From NCBI RefSeq assembly GCF_004010195.1, contig NC_057759.1, positions 5,304,341 to 5,368,340 on the forward strand: 64,000 nucleotides of DNA. The letters run 5' to 3'. Origin of the DNA: Chiloscyllium plagiosum. Its lineage: Eukaryota. The translations under genes were made by a program, and so were the position numbers. The notes under the pieces were generated by a model. That model was not told the DNA's origin, did no database searches, and saw nothing but the letters and a program-made list of their open reading frames with translations. Shown in pieces: positions 13,201 through 24,899 of the stretch (position 1 is its first letter; every line of letters starts with the position of its first letter).

Positions 13201-14388
13201 CTAACTGTACCTCTTATGCTCGCATCCAAATCATTTATGTAAATGACAAAAAGTAGGGGACCCAGCACCGATCCTTGCGGCACTCCACTGGTCACAGGAC
13301 TCCAGTCTGAAAAACAACTCTCCACCACCACCCTCTGTCTTCTACCTTGGAGCCACAGTTCTGTATCCAAATGGCTAGTTATTCCTGAATTCCATGAGAT
13401 CTAACCTTGATAATCATTCTCCCATGGGGAACCTTGTCAATAGTTCTCTGGCTTGTCCTTACCACCCTTCTTAAACAGTGGCACCATGCTAGCCAACCTC
13501 CAGTCTTCCGGCACCTCACCTGTGACTATCACTTATACAAATATATCAGCAAAAGGCCCAGCAATCACTTCTCTAGCTTCTCATAGGGTTCTGGGTACAC
13601 CTGATCAGGTCCTGGGGATTTATCCACCTTCAAGCATTTCAAGACATCCAGCACTTCCTCCTCTGTAATCTGAACATTTTGCAAGATGTCATCATCTATT
13701 TCCCTACAGTCTATATCTTCCATATCCTTTTCCACATTAAATACTGATGCAAAATACTCATTTAGTATCTCCCCCATTTTCTGCAGCTCCACACAAAGGC
13801 CTCCTTGCTGATTTTTGAGGAGCCATATGCTCTCCCTAGTAACCCTTTTATCCTTAACGTATTTGTAAAAACCCTTTGGATTCTCCTTAATTCTATTTGC
13901 CAAAGCTATCTCATGTCCTCGTTTTGCCCTCCTGATTTCCCTCTAAAGTATATTCCTACTTCCTTAAGGATTCACTCGATTTATCCTGTCTATACCTTTA
14001 CATATGCTTCCTTCTTTTTCTTAACCAAACCCTCAATTTCTTTAGTCATCCAGCATTCCCTATACCTACCAGCCTTTCCTTTCACCCTAGTAGGAATATA
14101 CTTTTTCTGGATTCTCGTATTCTCATTTCTGAAGGCTTCCCATTTCCCAGCCATCCCTTCACCTGCGAATATCTGCCCCCAATCAGTTTTCGAAAGTTCT
14201 TGCCTAATACCATCAAAACTGGCCTTTCTCCAATTTAGAACTTCAACTTTTAGATCTGGTCGATCCTTTTCCATCACTATTTTAAATCAAATAGAATTAT
14301 GGTCGCTGGCCCCAATGTGCTCCTCCACTGACACTGCAGTCACCTGCCCAGTCTTATTTCCCAAGAGTAGGTCAAGTTTTGCACCTTC

Positions 14389-14607
14389 GAGGAGAAAGTG
14401 AGGACTGCAGATGCTAGAGATCAGAGCTGAAAATGTGTTGCTGGAAAAGCGCAGCAGGTCAGGCAGCATCCAAGGAGCAGGAGAATCGACGTTTCGGGCA
14501 TAAGCCCTTCTTCAGGATTCCTGAAGAAGGGCTTATGCCCGAAACGTCGATTCTCCTGCTCTTGGATGCTGCCTGACCTGCTGCACTTTTCAGCAACACG
14601 TTTTCAG
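14389..14607. mobile_element. Palindromic Penelope-derived insertion with hammerhead cores on both strands
   Basis: Arms 14426-14517 and 14519-14608; 16-bp TSD CAAGTTTTGYACCTTC at 14373-14388 and 14608-14623. Confidence 0.88.
14515..14554 (+). ncRNA. Minimal hammerhead ribozyme motif (mirror copy on minus strand at about 14482-14521)
   Basis: CTGAAGA 14521-14527, extra A, helix II GGGC-TTAT-GCCC, GAAA, palindromic ACGT; predicted cleavage after GTC at 14548. Confidence 0.72.
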
Positions 14608-15560
14608 CAAGTTTTGTACCTTCTCTAGTAGGTACATCCACATACTAAATCAGAAAATTGTCTTGTACACACTTCACAACTTCCTCCCCATTTAAACCCT
14701 TAACGCTATGGCAGTCCCAGTCTATGTTTGGAAAGTTAAAAACCCCTACCATAACCACCCTATCATTCTTACAGATAGCTGAGATCTCCTTTCAAGTTTG
14801 TTTCTCAATTTCCCTCTGACTATTTGCGGGTCTATAATACAATCCCAATACGGTAATCATCCCTTTCTTATTTCTCAGTTCCACCCAAATAAGTTCCCTG
14901 GGTGTATTTCCAGGAATATCCTCCCTCAGCACAGTTTATCAGAAATGCCACTCCCCCCTCCTCTCTTGCCTCCCTTTCTATCCTCTCTGTATCAGCATTT
15001 ATATCCTGAAACATTAAACTGCAAACCTGCCCATCCCTGAGCCATGTTTCTGTAATTGCTATGATATCCCAATCCCAGGTTCTTAACCATGCCCTGAGTT
15101 CATTTGCCTTCCCTGTTAGGACCTTTGCATTGAAATAAATGCAGTTTAATTTATTAGTCCTACCTTGTCCCTGCCTGCCCTGACTGTTTGACTCATTTCT
15201 GTTCTCAACTCTACCAGCCTCAGATTGAGCTCTTTCTTCACAATCTCCCTGTGTCCCATCTTACTAGTGTATATCCTCCCGAGAAGCTCCAGCAAATCTC
15301 CCTGCCTGTATATTAGTACCCTTCCAATTTAGGTGAAATCCGTCCTTCTTGTACAGGTCACTTCTACCCCAAAAGAGATTAAAATGATCCAAAAATGTGA
15401 ACCCTTCTCCCATACACCAGCTCCTCAGCCATGCATTCATCTGCTCTATCCTCCAATTCCTGCCCTCACTAGTTGATAGCACTGGGAGTAATCCAGATAT
15501 TATTACTCTCGAGGACCTCCTTTTTAAAATTCCTGCCTAACTCTCTGTAATCTCCCTTCA

Positions 15561-15677
15561 GCCTGCTGGACACACTTTCCTCATTCCTGAAGAAGGGCTT
15601 ATGCCTGAAACGTCGATTCTCCTGTTCCCTGGATGCTGCCTGACCTGCTGCGCTGTTCCAGCAACACATTTTCAGCT
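15561..15677 (+). mobile_element. Penelope-derived element with hammerhead core
   Basis: CTGAAGAAGGGCTTATGCCTGAAACGTCGA at 15587. Confidence 0.82.
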
Positions 15678-15919
15678 TTTGGTTGGAGCATTGAGTACAA
15701 AAGTCAGGATGTCATATTGCAGCTTTATAAGACTTTGTTTAGGTCATACTTAGAGTATTGTGACAAAAGATTAATTCTGTCCTTCTCAGTTAGTGATAGC
15801 TGAAATGTTTCCTTCAATATCTGTACTCACTATCTACTTCACATATGGTTGCTCAAACATAGTCTATTTGTTCACCTCTGTTGTAACATGAAAAGTATCC
15901 TTACTAAAGTTGAGAACCC

Positions 15920-16645
15920 ATGAGGACAGCCTCAAATTGGGTTCCTGTCACACTACACACACACTCACTCACTCAGACACATACGGACACACTCATGCAG
16001 ACCCTCTCTCATCCACACACTTCCCCTCATACGTGCACACACACGCACACCCCACACTACACCCATCACACTCATAACACACTTTATCAAACATGCACAC
16101 ACAAACACACACATTCACATATGTACTCTCACTCACATGCTCTCTCACTCACTCACTTGTCTCTGGGGTGGATTTGCATTTGCAGAATTATATTTGCAGA
16201 TACATTCTATTTTGCTCAAAAAGAGCACAATCTGCAGGCAGTCAGTCCATGTAATGTTTTATATATTCCTACTTTGGCAATAGAACCAGTCTGACTCAAG
16301 CCTGGGACACCGACAGACTCTAACCTTGCACCTTTAATAATTGTCTGAGCTGAGATGTCACCCTTTTTTAAATAAAACCTGAAGTCATCTTGAGAATGCG
16401 ACTTGAAAGAAGTTCTGGGATGTATATATTAATGGACTGAAACCTGCAACCCATTCTAAAAGATGAAGACTTAACAATCCCAAATCGTTCAATATATCAT
16501 TTCAGTTGCATGACATTGTAATCTTTTGCTATAAATTCTGTGTCTCATGATCCTGTTTCACAGCTACCTGATGAAGGAGCAGCGCTCTGAAAGCTAGTAC
16601 TTCCAAATTAACCTGCTGGACTATAATCTGGTGTTGCATGATTGT
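15920..16645 (+). mobile_element. Second Penelope-like family 3' region (CA-rich tract plus hammerhead)
   Basis: TAC-CTGATGA-A-GGAGCAGCGCTCT-GAAAGCTA-GTA at 16565-16599; terminus ACCTGCTGGACTATAATCTGGTGTTG recurs at 20810, 27030, 39050, 55250 and 61170. Confidence 0.7.
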
Positions 16646-16819
16646 CGCCACATTACAGGAAGAACATGGAGGATTTAGAGAGCGTGCAGAAGAGGTTTGC
16701 CAGAATGTTGTCTAGAGGGTACGAGCTATAAAGAGAAGCTAGAAAAACCCGGGTATATTACTTCTGAGCACCAGAGACTGAGGGCAGACTTAATAGAAGT
16801 CTATAAAATTTTGAGAAGA

Positions 16820-19368
16820 GTTGTAGCTCAGGTTGAGGTTTTGGACCTATTTTTTCTCACTGAGCTGGAAGTTCCATTTTCAGATTTCTTGTCACCATAT
16901 TAGGTAACATTATCAATGAGCCTCCGGATGAAGTACTGGTGGTATGGCCCGCTTTCAATTTATGTGTCCACACATTGGACAAACAGGCAGAAAACTAGCC
17001 ATAAAAAGACATAAGACATAGGAGTGGAAGTAAGGCCATTCGGCCCATCGGGTCCACTCCGCCATTCATTCATGGCTGATGGGCATTTCAACTCCACTTA
17101 CCCGCATTCTCCCCGTAGCCCTTAATTCTTTGTGACATCAAGAATTTATCAATCTCTGCCTTGAAGACATTTAGCGTCCCGGCCTCCACTGCACTCTGCG
17201 GCAATGAATTCCACACACGCTGGCTGAAGAAATGTCTCCGCATTTCTGTTCTGAATTTACTCCCTCTAATTCTAAGGCTGTGTCCACGGGTCCTAGTCTC
17301 CTCGCCTAACGGAAACAATTTCCTAGCGTCTACCCTTTCCAAGCCATGTATTATCTTGTAAGTTTCTATTAGATCTCCCCTTAAGGCTTTATGAATTTTC
17401 TCACTGTTTAGAAAGTAGTCCATGCTAGTATTATTTTTTCCAAAGTGCAAGACCTCGCATTTGCTCACATTGAATTCCATCAGCCATTTCCTGGACCACT
17501 CTCCCAAACTGTCTAGATCCTTCTGCAGCCTCCTCACTTCCTCAGTACTACTTGCCTGTCCACCTAACTTCGTATCATCAGCAAACTTCGCTAGAATGCC
17601 CCCAGTCCCTTCATCTAGATCATTAATATATAACGTGAACAGCTGCGGCCCCAACACTGAACCCTGCGGGACACCTCTTGTCACCGGCTGCCATTCCAAA
17701 AAGGAACCTTTTATCCCAACTCTCTGCCTTCTGTCAGACAGCCAATCCTCAATTCATATCAGTAGCTCACCTCGAACACCATGGGCCCTCACCTTGCTCA
17801 GCTGCCTCCCGTGTGACACCTTATCAAAGGCCTTTTGGAAGTGTAGATAGACCACATCCACTGGGTTTCCCTGGTCTAAACTACTTGTCACCTCTTCAAA
17901 GAATTCCAACAGGTTTGTCAGGCACGACCTCCCCTTACTAAATCCACGTTGACTTATTCTAATCCGACTCTGCTCTTCCAAGAATCTAGAAACCTCATCC
18001 TTAATGATGGATTCTAGAATTTTACCAACAACCGAGGTTAGGCTAATTGGCCTATAATTTTCCATCTTTTGTCTTGATCTTTTCTTAAACAAGGGGGTTA
18101 CAACAGCGATCTTCCAATCATCCGTGACTTTCCCTGACTCCAGTGACTTTTGAAAGATCTCAACCAACGCCTCCGCTATTTCCTCAGCCACCTCCCTCAA
18201 AACTCTAGGATGTAGCCCATCGGGGCCAGGAGATTTTTCAATTTTAAGATCTTTTAGCTTTTCTAGCACTTTCTTTTTTGTAATGGCAACCATACTCAAC
18301 TCAGCCCCCTGACTCCCTTTAATAGTTGGGATATTACTCATGTCTTTCACTGTGAAGACTGACACAAAGTACTTATTAAGTTCTCCAGCTATATCCTTAT
18401 CTCCCATCACTAGGCTTCCAGCATCAGTTTGAAGTGGCCCAATATCTACTTTTGCCTGTTGTTTGTTTCTTATATATTGAAAGAAACTTTTACTATCATT
18501 TCTAATATTACTGGCTAGCCTACCTTCATATTTGATCCTCTCCTCCCTTATTTCTCTCTTTGTTATCCCCTGTTTGTTTTTGTAGCCTTCCCAATCTTCT
18601 GATTTCCCAGTGCTCTTGGCCACTTTATAGGATCTCTCTTTTTCTTTAATACATTTCCAGACTTCCTTTGTCAGCCATGGCTGGTTAATCCCTCCCCGGA
18701 TAATCTTTCTTTTGGGGATGAACCTCTGTACAGTGTCCTCAATTATACCCACAAACTCCTGCCATTTTTGCTCTACTGTCTTCCCCGCTAGGCTCTGCTT
18801 CCAGTCTAGTTTCGTAGGTTCCTCTCTCGTGCCCTCATAATTACCTTTATTTAACTGTAACACCATTACATCCGATTTTGCCTTAGGTAACATTATCAAT
18901 AAGCCTCCAGATGAAGCACTGGTGGTATGGCCCGCTTTCTATTTATGTGTCCACACATTGGACAAACAGGCAGAAAACTAGCCATAAAAAGACATGACTC
19001 ACTCACACTAGTATCCTTACATACAGATGAGGAAGGACACCACTTCAACTGGGACAACACATCCATCCTAGGAAAGGCCAAACAGAGAGACACATGAGAA
19101 TTCCCTGAAGCATGGTATTCCAATCGGAACTCCTTCAAAAAGCACATTGGCTTCGATCCAATTTACCACCCCCAGAGAAAATGAACAGGAAGTGACATCA
19201 CCACAGGAAGTGCCATCACAAACCAAGGAAACCTAAACACATAAATAGGAAGCGAGCCATACCAGCAGTGCTTCATCTGGAGGCTCACTGATGATATTAC
19301 CTCTGTATGGCAATGAAACATCTGAAAACAACCTTCCAGTTCAGCCAGCAAACCTATATCCAGAAGTC
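16820..19368 (+). mobile_element. Penelope-like element remnant (GIY-YIG C-terminus, inverted pLTR-type ends), split by a CR1 insertion
   Basis: HIGQTGRKLA...KRHDSLTLVSLHTDEEGHHFNWDNTSILGKAKQR..EF.EAWYS...KHIGFDPIYHP at 18952-19175; 16830-16968 is the reverse complement of about 19236-19368; decayed hammerhead CTGATGA at 19288. Confidence 0.8.
17013..18882 (-). mobile_element. Young 5'-truncated CR1 LINE (RT) with an internal deletion
   Basis: KSPGPDGLHPRVL, YRPISLTS, FQKAFDKV, GVPQGSVLGP, FADD; TATGTCT tail; flanked by a 113-bp direct repeat. Confidence 0.95.
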
Positions 19369-20882
19369 TATAAAATTGAGATGCATGGTTAAGGTTGATG
19401 GTTCGAACCTTTTTCCAAGAGCTGAAGTGCCTAAAACTAAGAGGCATGCATATAAGGTGAAAGTTCAAGGGAGACCTAAGGTGCAGTTTCTTTTAACGTA
19501 AAGAGTGTTGGAGTGGAACGCACTGCCAGGGGTGGTGATGGAGGCAGATACAATAAAGGTATTGAAGGGACTTAAAAAATAAGCCAATTAACATGCAAGA
19601 AATGGTGGGATATGAACCAAGGACAGGCAGAAGGGATTAATTTCATTTGGCATCAAGTTCGGCACAAAACCGTGGGTTGAAGGACCCATTCCTGTGCTGT
19701 ACTGGTCCAGTTCAGATTTAATGCAATATATATTTCAGATGAGGATTCATTCAAATTGATTGGAACTGGGTCGCAAGCATTGATAATATAGATAAAAAAT
19801 ATAAACTTCTATTTGCTTGATGGTGTTTTACTCTTGTTTTGAACATATCTCTCTGGGACCGGAGCTCAATGTAAGTCTGACTCAATCCACTCTGTGACTG
19901 TGGAAAGGATGTTCTTCGCTCTGACAGCAGTAACATACCTGCTGTTTGTTCGAAGCAGCTGGTCACATTTGGCTCTGTACCGAGGGAATATTACATTATC
20001 TTGGTCCTTTGAGTACTTGCCTGGAGGAAGACAGAAGAGATACCTCCTGTAAATCAACATCAGCTATGATTGGCAACATCAATGTAACATTCAGTTAATG
20101 ATCATTAGGATATTTTGTTTAAAGCCAGCAATTTCAACAGAACCACAGGTCTGATTCCACTCCTGCTCTGAGCTGCTCCTTGTCCATTTTTTCTTAAAAT
20201 TCTAACACCAATTGAGTGAGATTCAGAAACTAAACAACACCCATACAGCTCCATGAATGGGGCCATCTGATACAAGTGAGTATGTGGATATGTGAGTTTA
20301 GTTATTGATCTATACCTGTCAGTTCCTGCTTGGTGAATGTGTGGGTGCAGCTATCAAACTGTAACTTTCGGTATATGGTAAATATATTTACGTATTCACA
20401 CAGCATTAACTGGTCTGGTCTCATTGATAACTAGAGAATCATAAAAATAATACAGCATCGGGGAGGGGGGGCCATTCAGGCCACCTTTTCCATGCCAACG
20501 CCAACACACCCAGGTGCCCTTTCTCATCCCACCATCCTGCCACAGCCCGTAACTTTGCTGTTTACAATACTTGAGGTGCAATTCCAGGGAATTTTTGTTT
20601 AAAAAAATATAAGATCTCTGCCTGCACCACCAAATCAGGCAGCAAATTCCAGATACCCACCACTCTCTACATTATAAAAAAACATTTTTCCTCATATCAT
20701 CTAAGCCTACATCCACTTAGCTTGAATTTGTGATCCCTGGTTTTTGAACTCTCTGTCAAAGTAAACAGGTTCCTCCTGTCTAATGTCTCCCTCTCACGAG
20801 CTAGTTAAAAGTCACACAACATCGTTATGATTCAACAGGTTTATATGGCAAGTTTTCAGAGCACTGCTCCTTCATATTTAGT

Positions 20883-21097
20883 ACTGTAGACCCACCCCAC
20901 CTGTACCCGTGTGGGACATGTTCCAGGACCTGCAGCGGAAACACAAAAACGCAGATAAGGTGCAAAACCATTAATTTAAATAGGAAATTTGCCTTCCCGG
21001 CAGCCTGCTGGTCCCTCGTTCTGGAATATTTCCTTTTATACACTTGGACCACGGTAAACCGCAATAACCGGACCTGTGAAACATGGGTCACCCTGTA
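20883..21097 (+). mobile_element. Tigger/pogo-like MITE; paralog at 60907-61123
   Basis: TA-flanked; MER2-like head ACCCGTGTGGGACATGTTCCAGGACC; absent from copy B at about 39130. Confidence 0.55.
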
Positions 21098-21746
21098 TTC
21101 CTTAATTGTGGCACCTTTGTTACAAGGAATACAACCACAACCTCTCCAATCTCTCCTGATAGCTACAATTCTGGCAACATTCTAGTAAATCTCCTCTGCA
21201 CTCTCTCCACAGCAATTACGTCCTTCCTGTAATGTGGTGACCCGACTGCACACAATACTCCTGTTGTAGCCACCAGTGCCTCATACAGTTTCATTGTTAT
21301 TTCCCTATTTTTGTATTCACCCCTCTGTCAATGAGGGAGAGCATTCCATGTGCCTTCTTTACAATCCCATCTATCTTTAGGGACCTGTTCATCTACACAC
21401 TCACTTCACCTGCCCCTCTCAGTATATTCCCATTTATTGTCGATTTCCATTTATTGTCTGACTTCCCAAAATGTGTTCCCTCATACTTATCAGAGCTGAA
21501 CTCCATCTGTCACTTTCCTGCCCACTCCACCAAACCATTTGTATAGTTTTGGAGCTTACAGCTATCCTCCACATAATCCACTACACGGCCAATTTTTGTG
21601 TTGTCTGCAAATTTCACAAATTTGCCCACCATATTCAACTCCAAATCATTAATGGATAAAACAAACAGCTCAGGTCCCAACACTGAGCCATGCAGAGCTC
21701 CACTTCAATTAGCTTTCCATTCACAATGGCCACCATTGACCATTAT

Positions 21747-22079
21747 AGAACATAGAAGATAGAAGAATACAGCACAGTACAGGCCCTTTGGCCCTCGATG
21801 TTGCGCCGATCCAAGCCCACCTAACCTATATTAACCCACTATCCTCCATATACCTATCCAATGCCCGCTTAAATGCCCATAAAGAGGGAGAGTCCACCAC
21901 TGCTACTGGCAGGGCATTCCATGAACTTACGACTCGCTGAGTGAAGAACCTACCCCTAACTTCAGTCCTATATCTACCCCCACTTAATTTAAAGCTATGC
22001 CCCCTTGTAATACCCGACTCCATACGTGGGAAAAGGTTCACACTGTCAACCCTATCTAACCCCCTAATCATCTTGTACA
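21747..22079 (-). mobile_element. Young CR1 3' fragment private to copy A
   Basis: YKMIRGLDRVD...FFTQRVVSSWNALP; empty site in copy C at about 60275. Confidence 0.88.
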
Positions 22080-22172
22080 CATCATCTTTCTTTCCTGTGA
22101 CTAGCCAATTTTGGATCCAATTCAACACATTACCCTGTAACCCATGGGCTTTTACTTCTTCAACTAGTCTGC

Positions 22173-24610
22173 TGTGATGCTGCTGCTCCTTTAACAAGCT
22201 TGTAAACGACACAGGCTCCGAAACGTCAAAGTTGATGGGTTTGAAGGCCATTTTGATTAGAACTAACATGTAATGCCTCAGACAAAAGGCTCCCACATTT
22301 TTAAAAATAACACTTGTTCAATGAAAGGAGAGTGTCCCAGTTTCCCAGCTCAGGTTATCTCTGGTTTGATTTGGTCTTTAGCCGACTGGCTATTGACTGA
22401 AAGCAGTCAGGCAATTGAAAAAGCTGCTGAACCGAAAGAAGCAGATCCATGATAGTACTCTCTCTCTGACATCTCTGCTGTAAAACCCTGTGTTTGATTT
22501 TACCTTTGTACCAAGGGGTATTTATGGGGATTGTATGAAATGTTGGGAACACCATCATTAAGTTGGTATCATCTGTTGGGTTTTCAGATTTTAAAATTAT
22601 TTAGTATTCTGTTCTCTTTTGTTTGTGTATCATTCGGTAAATTTGTAAATCAAACTGTTTTCTTTAAAACTACTAGTTTGACCAGCTGCATCCCTCCTGG
22701 AATATCTTTGTTACACCCACTTAAAACAACTAGCAAAGTTAGGGTCCTGGTTACTTTCGTGAAATATTTGGAGGGGGTCTGGCCTTTTCCAATATAGATT
22801 GGGAACTGTTTGCAGAACTTATTCTGTAGTTCTGATTTGGGATTCGGGTTGTTGGTCTCAAAGGCAGTGAAGGATAGGTATTAGCGTCTTTTGTTCCGAG
22901 TATTGAATTCAATTGGTTTAAACAGCACTTGGAGAAAGTGAGGACTGCAGATTCTGGAGATCAGAGATGCAAGTGTGGTACTGGAAAAGCACAGCAGGCC
23001 AGGCAGCATCTGAGAAGTAGGAGAATCAATGTTTTGGCCATCAGCCCTTCATCAGGAAACAGTGTTTGGGATAGCAACGGCTCTTTGAGTCATCAAGTAT
23101 TTTCTGGGGGTGGAAGAAGTAACTTCAGATTTTTGAAAAAAGTGCTTAATGCCAAGCTGCTGGAATTAGCAGACAAGCTGGAGCTTGACCTGCCTCCACC
23201 CACGAGGAAAAGAGCGATAATTACAGTAATTGCTCAACACTTAAATTTGCCGGAAATGCCATCATAATCTTTAGAGAAGGCTAACATTCAATTGATAATG
23301 AAACAACTTGAGCTAGATGCAAAAGTCAAGGAAAGGGCAACAGAAACAAAACGGTTTGAATTATGATTAAAAGCAGAAAAGGGAGAAGAGAGAGATAAGG
23401 AGCGAGAGGAAAGGAAGAAAGAAGGAGTTTGAACTTCGGAAATTGGCACTTAGACAGGAGTTCAAAAATTCACTTCCAGAAGTAATGAGAACTCACGTGT
23501 AAGAGCAGAGAGTTAAAACATCAAGACTGGCATCAGAAATGGCTGCTGATTGAGTTGATCAATAAATCAAAATTGGGCTGCCAAAATCAATTTCAATCCA
23601 CGAGGGATAATAATTGTGGATAAGAGAAATTCTCACATGGAAAGGAAAAAGTAGATCTCGGTGAAGATCATAAGGATAATTTACCACAGGGTGAAAAGGA
23701 AACCCTTGAAGGGGAAAGAGAAGTGAAAAAGCTCCGGTGTTTTCAATAAAGTAGGCCACATGGGATCAGTATTAGCAGGTTAGGAAAGGCACTGAGAAGC
23801 CAGATGTAGGAAAACAGGATAAGCCAGTGAATTTTGTTGGAGTGGTAACAGAGAGCACTGTGGAGACTAGAAAGCTGCACCAGAATGTACAAGCTGGTCG
23901 GAGGTTGTTTATGGAGGAAGTGCCAGATCTTCTTAAACCATACACCGTGAAGGTAAAGTTTACTCGTATAGGCCAGGAGCAACAGGTGAAGAGGTAACAA
24001 TATTAAGAGATACAACGATCCTCTCAATCTGTGATGCTAAAAGATGAGGATATATGTATCTCTGAAGGACTATTGCCAGAAAAGGTACGAGTAATGGGAA
24101 TTCACATTGAAATAAGAAATGCTGGAGTTGTAAGAAGTGAGGTTAGAGTGTCCCGTGAAGAGGGGAGAAGTCATAGTAGGAGTAATGGACAACTGAACAA
24201 TTGCTGGATACATATCTGTGTGGTAGCGAGGTCACAGAGTCACCAGTTGAAACAGGAAAGATCAAAGAGTACAGATAAGGAAGTTGAAGGGAAATGAGCA
24301 GCGACCCTGTTTGATCAGATAGTTGAGACAAACCAGGAATAGATAGATAACAAAACAGACATCTTTAGCTAAGGTAAATTAACTGAGTTCCAGCAAAAAG
24401 ATGAAAATTTAAAGCAATTCTATCAAAAGGCATACACAAAACAAATCCAAATGTGTCCGTGATTGTTATTATCTTAAAAATGATGTCTTAATGAGGAAAT
24501 GGAGAATATCACATTCAGGCAGATGAGAAATGGGCAGAATTTTATCAAGTCCTATTGCCAGTGGGTTATAGTAAGGACATGCTGCGAGTAGCGCATGAAC
24601 TACCTGCATA
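22173..24610 (+). mobile_element. Gmr1-like Ty3/Gypsy LTR retrotransposon remnant (5' LTR about 22173-22796, gag, protease, integrase start)
   Basis: LTR starts TGTGATG; gag coiled-coil; ILRDT protease motif at about 24000; YYLKNDVLMRKW...AHELP integrase zinc-binding start. Confidence 0.78.
22932..23057 (-). mobile_element. Penelope-derived element with decayed hammerhead; paralog at 59313-59440
   Basis: CTGATGAAGGGCTGATGGCCAAAAC; about 13-bp TSD AAACAGYRCTTGG; empty site in copy B at about 40680. Confidence 0.8.
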
Positions 24611-24899
24611 GATTGTCTGTTTGAAATTCACATTATTTAATTGTCATCTCTTTATGTGACTGTTCCTTGGATGCTGCCTGAACTGCTGTTCTTTTCCAGC
24701 ACCACTCTAATCTCGACAGATAAACTCCATGTAAATATACTTCATCCCGGTTGGAGAGTTTGAGCTGTTGGCAGAGGCTGAATAGGCTGGAACTGTTTTC
24801 CCTGGACAGTGACCTTATAAAAGTTTATAAAATCATAAGACACATGGAGAAGTGGTGGAGCCTGGTAAAACTACAACATTTAAAAGGCATCTGAATGGG

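Larger units (their letters stand above)
12285..15560 (-). mobile_element. Long disrupted CR1 LINE (ORF1 esterase, APE, RT, 3' tail)
   Basis: SGNH-type DLYKKDGFHLN; SDHNSI endonuclease end; KSPGPD; GVPQGSVLGP...ADTK; frameshifted and internally deleted. Confidence 0.93.
20430..22172 (-). mobile_element. Old CR1 LINE hosting nested insertions; paralogs at 38680-39900 and 60195-61590
   Basis: The copy B paralog retains KFADDTKIG; same insertion sites in all three units. Confidence 0.8.

Noticed and set aside
15920-16294. His/Thr-rich ORF
   Set aside because: Translation of a CA-rich low-complexity tract.
17088-18899. Possible active reverse transcriptase gene
   Set aside because: 5'-truncated, frameshifted near 17750 and internally deleted near 17385.
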